64,000 nucleotides of DNA from an uncultured delta proteobacterium (GTDB taxonomy: Bacteria > Desulfobacterota > Desulfobacteria > Desulfobacterales > JAFDCJ01). This document shows, one piece after another, positions 10,375-21,089 of this stretch (position 1 is the first letter of the stretch; every line of letters begins with the position of its first letter). The translations under genes and the position numbers were made by a program. The notes beneath the pieces were generated by a model. The model was not told the DNA's origin and searched no databases. It was given only the letters and a program-made list of their open reading frames with translations. The stretch spans positions 29,555 to 93,554 of the forward strand of contig CAVZEZ010000020.1 of assembly GCA_963774425.1 (NCBI GenBank), written 5' to 3'.

Positions 10375-10473
10375 TTCAATTCCCAATCAGCGACCACCCG
10401 CAGAGCCGATGGAATGAGGCATGTTCCCTGGAGGTGACCAAGCTCTGCGGGTGCCCGCTGATTTACAATTGAA
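10375..10473. repeat. Long imperfect palindrome/rod-like hairpin in the intergenic region
   Basis: Nested stems TTCAATT/AATTGAA, AATCAGCG/CGCTGATT and CACCCGCAGAGC/GCTCTGCGGGTG. Confidence 0.7.
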
Positions 10474-10721
10474 AAAATAAGGCAACTGATCTATAGTTAC
10501 TGATTTTGGCAACATTATTTGATCCCTCATGGATCTGATCGGTCTGGACCGATGATTATTTGAGTTTGGCATCATTGTCAAACATCTTGTTTGCTTCGTC
10601 CCGATTCCGCACTGCCGGCTCTGCCGGTCCATATTATCTCCAGTCAAGATCTAATTTATTGCAGCCGATTTCGCGAACGCGCAAGCGGCAAATTAAACCG
10701 ACACCACACAGCTACCGTTTT

Positions 10722-11717
10722 ATGAATTCGAAATTAAGAAATACACGCGCCTTAGGATTGTGTTCCGGCGGGCTCGACAGCATCTTGTCGGGGCTCGTAC
10801 TTCGCAGGCAAGGCATCGAGGTTGAATGGGTGACCTTTGAAACCCCTTTTTTCAATGCCGCCAAAGCTCGCAAGGCTTCCAGCCTGACCGGCATCCCGCT
10901 GACCGTCAAGCCTATATTCGACGTTTATCTGAACATGCTGAAAACTCCTCCTGCCGGGTACGGAAAGTGCATGAACCCCTGCATGGACTGTCACGCGCTG
11001 ATGTTTAAACTCGCCGGTGAAATGATGCAAGAACAAGATTTCGATTTTCTTTTCAGTGGTGAAGTCCTCGGGCAGCGGCCCATGTCTCAGAACAAGTCTT
11101 CCTTGGGCTATGTGGAAAAGCATTCCGGATTCAAAGGCTATATTGTGCGTCCGTTGAGCGCCAGGAATCTGCCGGAAACGATTCCGGAAAAAGAAGGGCT
11201 TATAGACAGGCAGCAGCTTTTGGATATCGCCGGCAGAGGCCGCAGCCGCCAGATTCAGCTCGCCCGCGAATACGGAATAACGGACTATCCGGCCCCGGCC
11301 GGCGGATGTCTGTTGACCGATAAAGGTTTTTCCAGGCGTTTGAGGGACCTGTTTGAACACCAGGATAATTGCACCGAAGAAGAACTGCACCTGCTCAAGT
11401 ACGGCCGCCATTTTCGGCTGAATACGGACGTCAAATTGATTGTCGGTCGAACCGAACGGGACAACCAGGAGATTTTGAAATACCGCGATCCGGCGCGCGA
11501 TACCATCATTGATGTCAAAAACTATCCGAGCCCGATTGGGTTGGCGCCCCGCGGCGCCGACGAAGATGCCCTCTATCTGGCGGCCGCCATTTGCACGGGA
11601 TACAGCAAGGCGCCCACGATGACGCCGGTGGATGTCAGAATCAAGACGCCCACCGACAAAAAAATCATCCAGGTGATCGCGATTCTTCCTGAGGATGTGG
11701 CCGGCAAGTTGCTCTGA
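10722..11717 (+). CDS. ThiI/MnmA-like PP-loop tRNA thiolation protein with a C-terminal NFACT-R-like domain
   Basis: SGGLDS, NPCMDCHALM, GEVLGQRPMSQ, PAPAGGCLLTD and GRHFR motifs. Confidence 0.8.
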   Translation: MNSKLRNTRALGLCSGGLDSILSGLVLRRQGIEVEWVTFETPFFNAAKARKASSLTGIPLTVKPIFDVYLNMLKTPPAGYGKCMNPCMDCHALMFKLAGEMMQEQDFDFLFSGEVLGQRPMSQNKSSLGYVEKHSGFKGYIVRPLSARNLPETIPEKEGLIDRQQLLDIAGRGRSRQIQLAREYGITDYPAPAGGCLLTDKGFSRRLRDLFEHQDNCTEEELHLLKYGRHFRLNTDVKLIVGRTERDNQEILKYRDPARDTIIDVKNYPSPIGLAPRGADEDALYLAAAICTGYSKAPTMTPVDVRIKTPTDKKIIQVIAILPEDVAGKLL

Positions 11718-12741
11718 GCTGCCCGCAAGCCGCCGAGATGTCCCGGCCTTTACTCATCCGGATCATGACCGTATAATTTTTGGCGATCAGAATATCCTGA
11801 AATCTTTTTGTCGCCGCTTCGTCCGGACGTTCGTAATCGCATCCGCCGTGCTGGTTGAATGGGATGAGATTGATTTTACAGCGTATGGGTCGCAGTATTT
11901 GGGCCAGACGCCCGGCGTCATCTTCCGAATCGTTGATCCCCTTGATAAGGATATATTCAAAGGTGATTCTGCGCCCGGGCGCGGGAGGATATCGACGACA
12001 GGCCTCCAAGAGTTGTTCCAGGGGATATTTGCGGTTGATCGGCATCAGGTTGTCGCGGGTTATATTATCGGTGGCGTTCAACGAAACCGCCAGATTCACC
12101 CGGCTGTCCCGGCCGAGTGCCGCAATTTTCGGCACCAGGCCGGCGGTGGAGACCGTCACCCGGCGGCTTGCAAATCGCAGCCCGATATCGTTATCCGTGA
12201 TGATGCCGAGTGCATCGATGAGGTTTTTATAATTGGCCAGGGGCTCACCCATCCCCATAAAAACGATATTGGTCAGTCTTTCCCCGCCCGACAGTTCGTT
12301 TTTGATATCACGCACCTGGGCCACGATCTCCCCACGCGTCAGATTTCGCTGAAAGCCCCCCACGGCCGTCAGGCAAAACCTGCAGCCCTGGGCACAGCCT
12401 GCCTGGCTGGAAACACAAAGCGTATAATGGTCTCTTTCCGGAATAAGCACACTTTCAATCCGTTGACCGTCGCTCAGCCTGAAAAGATATTTGCGGGAAC
12501 CATCCCGGGAAGTTTCCACCCGTTCGGTTTCAAGACGATCGATTGTAAAATTTTCTGCCAACAAGATCCTGATATTTTTTGCTATATCGGTCATGAGCGC
12601 AAAGCTGTCGGCCTGCCTCAGATAGATCCACTTAAGAATCTGATCGGCACGATAAGCAGCGATCTCCCGTTGGTCCAACCAAGCGACGAGCTTTGGGCGT
12701 GAAACTTCGAGTAAATTGGTCTGGTTGATTTTCGCGGTCAT
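11665..12741 (-). CDS. rlmN: Dual-specificity RNA methyltransferase RlmN (start could be 12759)
   Basis: CVSSQAGCAQGCRFC, FMGMGEPL, NLIPFN and DISAACGQL motifs. Confidence 0.96.
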   Translation of the reverse strand: MTAKINQTNLLEVSRPKLVAWLDQREIAAYRADQILKWIYLRQADSFALMTDIAKNIRILLAENFTIDRLETERVETSRDGSRKYLFRLSDGQRIESVLIPERDHYTLCVSSQAGCAQGCRFCLTAVGGFQRNLTRGEIVAQVRDIKNELSGGERLTNIVFMGMGEPLANYKNLIDALGIITDNDIGLRFASRRVTVSTAGLVPKIAALGRDSRVNLAVSLNATDNITRDNLMPINRKYPLEQLLEACRRYPPAPGRRITFEYILIKGINDSEDDAGRLAQILRPIRCKINLIPFNQHGGCDYERPDEAATKRFQDILIAKNYTVMIRMSKGRDISAACGQLRATCRPHPQEESRSPG

Positions 12742-12909
12742 GGGGCCATAATTTGTCAATGGTTAGGAAAGCCGGAAAATCCGTCGGGCGTTATGCTGAT
12801 AAGAAAAGGCGTCATCCCGCGATAAATCCGAATTCAGAAAACAATACTCTTGACATAACATTTTTAAGATTATATTTTCAAGAATTTATGAAACCAGGGT
12901 AGAATAATC

Positions 12910-14241
12910 ATGTTTGAACGATTAAGCGATAAATTGGACGCCGCATTCAAGAAACTCAAAGGGCGGGGAAAATTATCGGAAAAGCACATCGACGAGGGCT
13001 TGAAAGAAATCCGGATGGCCCTTTTGGAAGCCGATGTCCATTACAGCGTGGCCAAACGGTTTATTTCCGAAGTCAAGGAGCGAGCTCAGGGTCAGGAAGT
13101 CCTGGGAAGTCTAACACCCGGCCAACAGGTAGTCAAGATCGTCAATGAGGAGTTGACGGAATTGATGGGGTCCCACCAGGAAGAGTTGAATCTGTCGGGC
13201 GCCGCTCCAATCGCGTTGATGCTGGTCGGCCTGCAGGGATCGGGTAAAACGACGACCGCTGGAAAACTGGCGCTCTTTCTCAGGAAAAAGGGTCGAAATC
13301 CGTATCTGGTCCCCGTGGATGTCTATCGTCCGGCAGCCATTGATCAGCTCAAGAAATTGGGCGAACAGCTCAATATTCCGGTGTTTCCCGCCAGCGTGGA
13401 AATGGATCCCGTTCAGATCGTCCGTGATGCCAGAACGGATGCCCATCGGCAGGGCTGCGACACGCTGCTGTTGGATACCGCCGGCCGCCTGCATATCGAT
13501 GAAGCGCTCATGGATGAACTGGTGCACATCAGGCAGGCTGTGCAACCGGCGGACATTCTGCTGGTGGCGGATGCCATGACCGGCCAAGATGCGGTAAACA
13601 TTGCTAAATCGTTCGACAAGGCACTGGATATCGGCGGTGTCATTCTCACCAAAATGGACGGTGACGCCCGCGGCGGAGCCGCCCTGTCCATCAAGGAAAT
13701 TACCGGCAAACCGATCAAGTTCATCGGGGTGGGCGAAAAACTGAGCGATCTCGAGCCGTTTCATCCCGACAGACTGGCTTCCAGCATACTGGGGATGGGG
13801 GATGTCCTCACGCTGATCGAAAAAGCCCAGAATGTTGTCGATGAAAAAAAGGCCGCGGAACTGGAAAAAAAGCTGAGGAAAAGTGAGTTTAGTCTGGAGG
13901 ATTTTCGCGACCAAATGCTCCAGATCCGTAAAATGGGATCCCTTTCCGATATCATCAAGATGATACCGGGGATGGGAAAACTCAAACAAATGAAAAATTT
14001 GGATATGGACGAAAAAGAACTCGTCCGGATGGAAGCCATTATCAATTCGATGACACCCCTGGAACGTCGACGTCACGGTATCATAAACGGAAGTCGACGC
14101 AAGCGGATTGCCAAAGGCAGCGGTACCCGGGTACAGGATGTCAACCGGCTTTTAAAAAATTACACCCAACTGCTGAAAATGCTTAAAAAGTTGAATAAAG
14201 GCGGCATGCAGGGATTACAGCAGGGAATGCTGCCGTTTTGA
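12910..14241 (+). CDS. ffh: Signal recognition particle protein Ffh
   Basis: GLQGSGKTTT, DTAGRLHID, TKMDGDARGGAALS and M-domain motifs. Confidence 0.98.
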   Translation: MFERLSDKLDAAFKKLKGRGKLSEKHIDEGLKEIRMALLEADVHYSVAKRFISEVKERAQGQEVLGSLTPGQQVVKIVNEELTELMGSHQEELNLSGAAPIALMLVGLQGSGKTTTAGKLALFLRKKGRNPYLVPVDVYRPAAIDQLKKLGEQLNIPVFPASVEMDPVQIVRDARTDAHRQGCDTLLLDTAGRLHIDEALMDELVHIRQAVQPADILLVADAMTGQDAVNIAKSFDKALDIGGVILTKMDGDARGGAALSIKEITGKPIKFIGVGEKLSDLEPFHPDRLASSILGMGDVLTLIEKAQNVVDEKKAAELEKKLRKSEFSLEDFRDQMLQIRKMGSLSDIIKMIPGMGKLKQMKNLDMDEKELVRMEAIINSMTPLERRRHGIINGSRRKRIAKGSGTRVQDVNRLLKNYTQLLKMLKKLNKGGMQGLQQGMLPF

Positions 14242-14256
14242 AGGAGAATGAAAACC

Positions 14257-14529
14257 ATGGCAGTTAAAATCAGATTGGCCAGACACGGCGCAAAGAAAAA
14301 ACCTTTTTACCGGATAGTGGTGACTGACAGCGAAAGCCCGCGGGACGGCCGGTTTCTGGAGCGGGTAGGCACCTATGATCCTTTGTACGACCCGGCCAAG
14401 GTGACACTGGATTCCGAGCGAATTCGCTACTGGATGGACCAGGGCGCACTGCCCACCATTACTGTTAATAATTTGTTGAAAAAAGAAGGATTTTTTTCAA
14501 CTCCCCTGCAATCCGGGGAAACGGTCTGA
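14257..14529 (+). CDS. rpsP: 30S ribosomal protein S16
   Basis: [23 protein letters not shown]-terminus. Confidence 0.97.
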   Translation: MAVKIRLARHGAKKKPFYRIVVTDSESPRDGRFLERVGTYDPLYDPAKVTLDSERIRYWMDQGALPTITVNNLLKKEGFFSTPLQSGETV

Positions 14530-14555
14530 ATAAGAGCGCTCAAAAGCCGGGCCAC

Positions 14556-15050
14556 GTGCTTATCGGAAAGATTGTCGGCGTCCATGGTTTCAAGGGAGCC
14601 CATAAACTGTGTTCCTATGCCGAGTCTTTAGAGGTATTCGTCCCGGGCAAGTCGATACTCATTCGCGATCATCGCAGCCGGGAAGATTTCTATAAAATAG
14701 ACTGGGTCAAGCCGCACACCGGCACCCCGCTGCTTTCGCTTAACGGCATTGTAAATCGCGAGCAGGCGCTGGCCCTCGTGGGCGGTGAGTTGTTCATACC
14801 AAAATCGGAATTGCCGGAATTGGAGGAGGACACCTATTACTGGCACGACTTGCTTGGAATCGAAGTGTACACCCCTACGGATCGATTACTGGGAGTTATC
14901 GAGTCGATTATCGATACCGGAAGCAACGACGTTTACGTCGTCAAAAACAAAAAAAAGGAATTGCTGATCCCGGCACTCGAATCGGTGGTTTTGGAAATCG
15001 ACCTGGATCGGGGACGGATGCAGGTCAACTTGCCCGAAGGGTTGGAATGA
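14556..15050 (+). CDS. rimM: Ribosome maturation factor RimM
   Basis: GKIVGVHGFKG, YYWHDLLG, TGSNDVYVV and ELLIPA motifs. Confidence 0.95.
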   Translation: MLIGKIVGVHGFKGAHKLCSYAESLEVFVPGKSILIRDHRSREDFYKIDWVKPHTGTPLLSLNGIVNREQALALVGGELFIPKSELPELEEDTYYWHDLLGIEVYTPTDRLLGVIESIIDTGSNDVYVVKNKKKELLIPALESVVLEIDLDRGRMQVNLPEGLE

Positions 15051-15801
15051 ACTTTGTTGTACTGACGATTTTCCCGGAAATGTTCGATCCATTCTCAAAA
15101 CACGGGATCATTCGCAGAGCAATCGAAAACGAAAAAATCGGCATCGCTGCTGTTAACGTTCGAGATTTTACCCGGGACCGGCATCAGGCTACCGATGACA
15201 AGCCTTACGGCGGCGGCAGCGGAATGGTCATGAAGCCCGAACCCCTGGCAGCGGCGATTCGGGCGGTCAAAAAAAAAAACCTTCGGCTGTGGCCGTCTTG
15301 TTGACTCCCCAGGGACGGATTTTCAATCAGGAAATGGCCGGGGAGCTGGCGGCGTTTGAGGAACTGGTTCTGATTTGCGGTCGCTATGAAGGGGTTGATG
15401 AGCGGATCTGTCACGACCTCATCGATTATGAAATCTCAATCGGCGACTATGTCCTCACCGGCGGCGAACTGGCGGCGATGATTATTGTCGATGCGGTCAC
15501 GAGACTGATTCCCGGTACCCTCGGCGGGGAGGGAGCGGCCGAAAACGACTCGTTTTCAGACGGCCTGTTGGAGCACGCTCATTACACGCGGCCAAGGATA
15601 TTTGAAGGACAGGAGGTCCCAGAGGTTTTGCTGTCCGGCCATCATCGCGAAATAGAAAGATGGCGCCTCGAATCTTCGCTGATGCGGACCTTGTTGAAGC
15701 GATCGGACTTGCTTCAGAAAAAAGATCTGAACCGGGAGGAAATCGAGATTTTGGCTAAGTGGCGCTCACAGATTGACAACATTCTGGAGTCCCCGCGCTG
15801 A
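15047..15801 (+). CDS. trmD: tRNA (guanine-N1)-methyltransferase TrmD, split by a -1 frameshift at A11 (15269-15279)
   Basis: The N-part (15047..) has [17 protein letters not shown]. The C-part (15289..15801) has [26 protein letters not shown] and [10 protein letters not shown]. Adding one A restores a continuous frame. Confidence 0.93.
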
Positions 15802-15811
15802 GAGAGAATTC

Positions 15812-16372
15812 ATGCCCAATCTTTACGTGGCATTGACCCATTATCCGGTCGTCAACAAGCGTGGCGAAATTATCGCTTCGGCCCTGACCAATCTGGATCT
15901 GCACGATATTGCGCGTGCGGCGAAAACATACGGAGCAAAATCGTTTTATGTGGTAACCCCGCTTTCCGATCAGAAATTGCTTGCACATAAGATTGTTTCG
16001 CATTGGACGCAAGGGGTCGGAGCGGCATATAATCCGGCAAGACGCCAGGCCCTCGACCTGATAAGGATCAAGGATTCGATTTCAGAGGTCGTCGAAGACA
16101 TCCGGTTGGTTGAAAACAGGTCCCCCAAAACGGTCATTACCTGTGCTCGAAGGCATCCGCAAAGCATCGGATACCCCGAATTCAGAGGAACTCTACAAAA
16201 CGGCAGACCGTATCTTCTGATTTTCGGCACCGCATGGGGGTTGGCGGAATCGTTTATCGCCGAAGCGGATTACGTACTGGAGCCGATTTCCGGCACGACG
16301 GGATACAATCATCTGTCGGTGCGCTCGGCGGCGGCCATCATACTGGACAGGCTGCTGGGGCTGCGAAAATAA
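15812..16372 (+). CDS. SPOUT-class RNA methyltransferase (the family usually found after trmD)
   Basis: LYVALTHYPV, TNLDLHDIAR, FGTAWGL and YNHLSVRSAAAIILDRL motifs. Confidence 0.85.
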   Translation: MPNLYVALTHYPVVNKRGEIIASALTNLDLHDIARAAKTYGAKSFYVVTPLSDQKLLAHKIVSHWTQGVGAAYNPARRQALDLIRIKDSISEVVEDIRLVENRSPKTVITCARRHPQSIGYPEFRGTLQNGRPYLLIFGTAWGLAESFIAEADYVLEPISGTTGYNHLSVRSAAAIILDRLLGLRK

Positions 16373-16418
16373 GCAATCGCGTCGATAAGGGTGCGCGAAA
16401 ATTTTAATTGGAGGAGAT

Positions 16419-16766
16419 ATGAATAAAATAGCGCTATTGGAAAAAGAACATCTTCGCATGGATTTGCCCGCTTTCGGGCCGGGTGACACCGTCAAGGTCC
16501 ATGTGAAAATAAAAGAGGGCGAGAAAGAGCGGATTCAGGCGTTTCAAGGAGTTGTCATCAGCAAACGCAATGGTGTCACCAATGCGACATTCACCGTACG
16601 CAAGGTTTCTTACGGAATCGGCGTGGAGCGTATTTTCCCGACGCACTCACCCGTTATCGATAGAATTGAAATTGTAACCCGGGGTCGCGTGCGGCGTGCC
16701 AAGATTTATTATCTGCGTAAACTCAGGGGAAAAGCCGCCAGACTCAAAGAGCGACGGTTTAACTGA
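16419..16766 (+). CDS. rplS: 50S ribosomal protein L19
   Basis: [22 protein letters not shown] and RRAKIYYLR motifs. Confidence 0.98.
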   Translation: MNKIALLEKEHLRMDLPAFGPGDTVKVHVKIKEGEKERIQAFQGVVISKRNGVTNATFTVRKVSYGIGVERIFPTHSPVIDRIEIVTRGRVRRAKIYYLRKLRGKAARLKERRFN

Positions 16767-16811
16767 TACAGGGCGGAATTTGGAAGGCGGACAGCAAAGG
16801 CTTGGGTTCAG

Positions 16812-16969
16812 GGATTCAAGGGTTCCAGGGGTCAAGTGAAAAGACCGGCCAGGCTTTTGCTTGAAATCTTGACCCCTCGAACCCTTGAATCCTTGCCCAT
16901 CATCAAACATCAAAATAAAGTCTTCGCCTGGAGGCCAGGGTTTTTCTCCGATTCCCCGAGTGGGACAAT
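16812..16969. repeat. 158-nt dispersed palindromic repeat, copy 1
   Basis: 25-nt arms at 16812-16836 and 16868-16892 (24/25 complementary). Homologous over its length to 61034-61191. Confidence 0.88.
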
Positions 16970-17018
16970 CACGCCGGATCTTTTTATGCTTTCAGATTTA
17001 CGCATTCCGAATTCCAGC

Positions 17019-17678
17019 ATGGACTTACGGATTTTCGAGAAAAAAGCCCTTCGAAATGGTTGCAATGATATCGCCGGAGTCGATGAGGCCGGTCGCGGCC
17101 CCCTGGCCGGTCCTGTTGTTTCGGCGGCGGTCATACTGCCGGCCGGATTCCGCCATTGCGACATTATCGATTCGAAGAAGCTCACTGACGGAAAAAGGCA
17201 GCAGCTATATGATGTTATCTATACGCATGCCGTCTCGGTCGGCATCGCCATTGTCGACCCTTTTGAAATTGATCGGATCAACATTCTGCAGGCGTCACTG
17301 CTGGCCATGGCCATCGCAGCTGCGAACCTATCCCCCCGCCCTGATTTTCTCCTGATCGACGGTAATTTTACAATTCCGGCCGACTTTCCCCAGCGAGCGA
17401 TCATTAAAGGAGACAACCTGAGCATCTCAATAGCCGCGGCGTCCATCGTCGCCAAGGTCACCCGCGATCGCCTGATGCAGAGCTATCACCACTATTATCC
17501 TCAGTTTGATTTTGCCCGTCACAAAGGGTATCCGACCCCGGCCCACCGGGAGGCAATCCGCAAATACGGCTGCTGTCCTATTCACCGCAAAAGTTTCAGA
17601 GGGGTCAGGGAGTACATCTGTTCCCCTATGGCTGCAGTCACTCACCCAACCGGCGCAAATCGAAAAAGTTTGAAGTGA
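17019..17678 (+). CDS. rnhB: Ribonuclease HII (start could be 16986)
   Basis: AGVDEAGRGPLAGPVV, DSKKL, LIDGN and IAAASIVAKVTRD motifs. Confidence 0.96.
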   Translation: MDLRIFEKKALRNGCNDIAGVDEAGRGPLAGPVVSAAVILPAGFRHCDIIDSKKLTDGKRQQLYDVIYTHAVSVGIAIVDPFEIDRINILQASLLAMAIAAANLSPRPDFLLIDGNFTIPADFPQRAIIKGDNLSISIAAASIVAKVTRDRLMQSYHHYYPQFDFARHKGYPTPAHREAIRKYGCCPIHRKSFRGVREYICSPMAAVTHPTGANRKSLK

Positions 17679-18005
17679 TGCAAATCCCCATTCGAACGCG
17701 TCTCCTTTCCTTCCAGTACGCGTATTATTTTCATACGAGCCAGATTGAGCGATCGCTGGTGGTGCCGCAATTTTCAGCTATGATTCAGCCTTGACATATT
17801 TTCGGTTTAGGAATAAAAATTACTTAGTTTGACAGTTTACAACACCATTAGCGGTTCTATGGTCTCATAATAAGTATCTTTAATCTCTTCCGCGTCGCCG
17901 GAATCACTTGCCAGCAGCCTCTCGAGCCCTGCAGCCGTCAATGTGCCTTGTCATTCAATCTCATTCATTTCGGTAAGGAACCAAATTAACGAAGGAGGAG
18001 ACCTT

Positions 18006-21000
18006 ATGAAGGTTAATCGACGGCAGTTTATCCAGATCAGCGGTGCGGCGGCGGCCGGCTTTTCAGCCGGTAGCCTGGGTTTTGACCTGGGTCCGGTCAA
18101 AGCCCATGCCCAAATGCTCAAAACCGCTTATGCCAAAGAAACCAACACCATCTGCTGCTATTGTGCGGTGGGCTGCGGTGCCATCGTCCATACCAGCAAA
18201 AAAGGCGACGGACGGGTCATCAATATCGAAGGCGATCCGGACCACGTGATCAACCGGGGGGCGCTGTGTTCCAAGGGTGCGGGGTTGGCTCAGCTGGTGG
18301 AAAATGACCAGCGGGTCACCGAACCGATGTATCGGGCACCCTATTCAAAACAATGGCGGAAAGTGTCCTGGGACTGGGCGCTGGGAGAAATCGCCAAGCG
18401 CGTCAAAACCACTCGGGATGCCACGTTCGAGACCACCAATGCCAAGGGGCAGGTCGTCAACCGCACCGGTGGCATCGCCTCGGTCGGCAGCGCCGCCCTG
18501 GACAATGAGGAGTGCTGGATATACCAGGCATTGATGAGAACCGTGGGATTAACCTATATCGAGCACCAGGCTCGTATTTGACACAGCGCCACAGTTGCGG
18601 CTCTGGCAGAGTCGTTCGGACGCGGCGCGATGACCAATCACTGGATCGATATCAAAAACAGTGACTGCATATTGATTATGGGCAGCAATGCTGCCGAAAA
18701 CCACCCGATTTCCTTCATTTACGTTACCGAGGCCCAGCGCAGGGGCGCCAAACTGATCAGCGTAGACCCGCGTTTCACCCGGACCTCGTCCAAAGCCGAT
18801 ATCTATGCGCCCATCCGCTCCGGTGCGGATATCGCGTTTTTAGGCGGTATGATCAAATATATTCTGGAAGACAATCTCTATCACCGGGACTATGTGGCCA
18901 ATTATACCAATGCCGGCTTTATCGTTAATGACTCGTTTGGCTTCAGCGACGGATTGTTTGCCGGTTATGATCCCAAGACCCGCAGCTACGATAAGAGCCG
19001 CTGGGCCTTTGAAACGAATGCCGCGGGCGTGCCCAAAATGGACCCCACCCTGCAACACAAACGCAGCGTGTTCCAGCTGCTTAAAAACCACTTTTCGCGT
19101 TATAACACCAAGGTGGTGAGTGAAATCACCGGAACGCCGGAAAAAGATCTGCTTGAAATCTACCGCACCTATGCGGCCACCGGTGTGTCGGGCAAGGCAG
19201 GCACGATCATGTATGCCATGGGCTGGACCCAGCATACCGTCGGGGTTCAGAACATCCGGACCATGGCCATCATCCAGATGCTTCTGGGGAACATGGGAGT
19301 GGCCGGCGGTGGCGTCAATGCCCTGCGCGGAGAATCCAATGTGCAGGGATCCACCGACCACTGCCTGCTGTGGCACATCTGGCCCGGCTATCTGCAAACT
19401 CCCCGGGCATCCAAAACTTCGCTGGCAACTTACAACGAATCATCCACTCCCAAAAGCAACGATCCGCTCAGCGCCAACTGGTGGCAGAACTATCCGAAGT
19501 ATTCGGTCAGTTTACTGAAATCGTTTTTCGGCGACAAGGCAACCGCTGCCAACGAATTCGGCTACCAATGGCTGCCCAAAGTGGACGACGGGAAAGACTA
19601 TTCCTGGTTGTCGCTGTTTGATGAGATGTACAACGGAACCTTTAAGGGATTTTTTGCCTGGGGTCAGAATCCGGCTTGCAGCGGCGCCAATGCCGGTAAA
19701 AACCGCCAGGCCCTGGCCAAGCTCGACTGGATGGTCAACGTCAACATCTTCGATAATGAGACCGGGTCCTTCTGGGAAGGCCCGGGGATGGATCCCTCCG
19801 CAGTTAAAACCGAAGTGTTCTTTTTGCCGGCGGCGGTTTCGGTGGAAAAGGAGGGCAGCATTACCAATAGCGGGCGCTGGATGCAGTGGCGCTACCCGGG
19901 CCCCGCACCGATGGGCAATAGTTTGCCTGACGGTCAGATGATCGTGGAACTGGGCGACCGGATCAAGGCCGAATATGAAAAGGACGGCACGTTTCCGGAA
20001 CCGATTGTCAATCTGAAGTGGGACTACGTGACCGGCGGGGAGTATGATCCTCACAAAGTTGCCAGGGAAATCAACGGCTACTTTCAAGAGGATGTCACCA
20101 TCAAGGATCAGACCTACAAGAAAGGCACCCTGGTTCCCAGCTTCGCCTATTTGCAGGCGGATGGTTCGACCTCATCGGGCAACTGGCTCTATTGCAACAG
20201 TTACACCGAAAAGGGCAACATGGCGGCCCGCCGCAGCCAGAAGGATGCTCCCAACAACATCGGGCTGTATCCGGAATTTGCCTGGTGCTGGCCGGTGAAT
20301 CGACGCATCCTTTACAATCGCGCTTCGGTGGATCTCCAAGGCCGACCCTGGAACAAGGAACAGCCCGTCATTCAATTCGCCGGCGAGGTCAAGGACGGCA
20401 AGTATGTTTCGAACAAGTGGCTGGGGGATGTGCCGGACGGCGGATGGTATCCCTTGCAGAATCCCGACGGCTCCCCGCGCACCGATGCCAAATATCCTTT
20501 TATCATGCGCAAACACGGCCACGCCCAGATTTTCGGCCCGGGCCGGGCGGACGGCCCTTTTCCCGAGCATTACGAACCGCTGGAATGTCCCATCGAAAAA
20601 AATCTGCTCAGCAGCCAGCGCATGAACCCGACCGCACCGGTCTATGGAAGCCAGGCGGACGAATGGGCCTCCTGTGACCCGCGCTATCCATACGTGGCGT
20701 CGACCTATCGGGTCGTAGAACACTGGCAAACAGGGGTGATGACCCGCTGGCAGCCCTGGCTTCTGGAGTTGCAGCCCCAGGTATTTGTGGAGATGAGCGA
20801 AGAACTGGCCAAATTGAAGGGATTTAAAAACGGGCAACGCGTTAAAGTCTCATCGCCGCGGGGGGCGCTCGAAGCGACGGCGATTGTCACCAAGCGTCTG
20901 CAGCCGTTTAACATTGGCGGAGCCATCGTGCACCAGGTCGGATTGCCGTGGCATTACGGTTGGCGCATGCCCGCCAACGGTCGGGAGGAAAGCGCCAACC

Positions 21001-21080
21001 TGTTGACTCCGGCCGCGGGCGATCCCAACACGCGTATTCCCGAAACCAAGGCCTTTATGGTGAATGTAAGCAAAATATAG
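18006..21080 (+). CDS. fdnG: Formate dehydrogenase alpha subunit, Tat-exported selenoprotein (UGA 18579-18581)
   Basis: RRQF Tat motif, CCYCAVGC FeS motif and HQARI-UGA-HSATVAALAESFGRGAMTNHW. The two ORFs are in frame. Confidence 0.96.
18597..18615 (+). other. SECIS element of FDH alpha
   Basis: GCGGCTCT-GGC-AGAGTCGT hairpin, with the loop 24 nt after the UGA. Confidence 0.8.
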
Positions 21081-21089
21081 AAGGAGGTG

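Noticed and set aside
10387-10647. 86-aa minus-strand ORF with a GGAG RBS
   Set aside because: It has no recognisable motif and runs through the long palindrome, so it is probably spurious.
14529-14556. No khpA between rpsP and rimM
   Set aside because: Operon content varies among lineages; not informative from one window.
16836-17018. N-terminal extension of RNase HII in the ORF track
   Set aside because: It is an open frame through the 158-nt repeat; homology starts near 17019.
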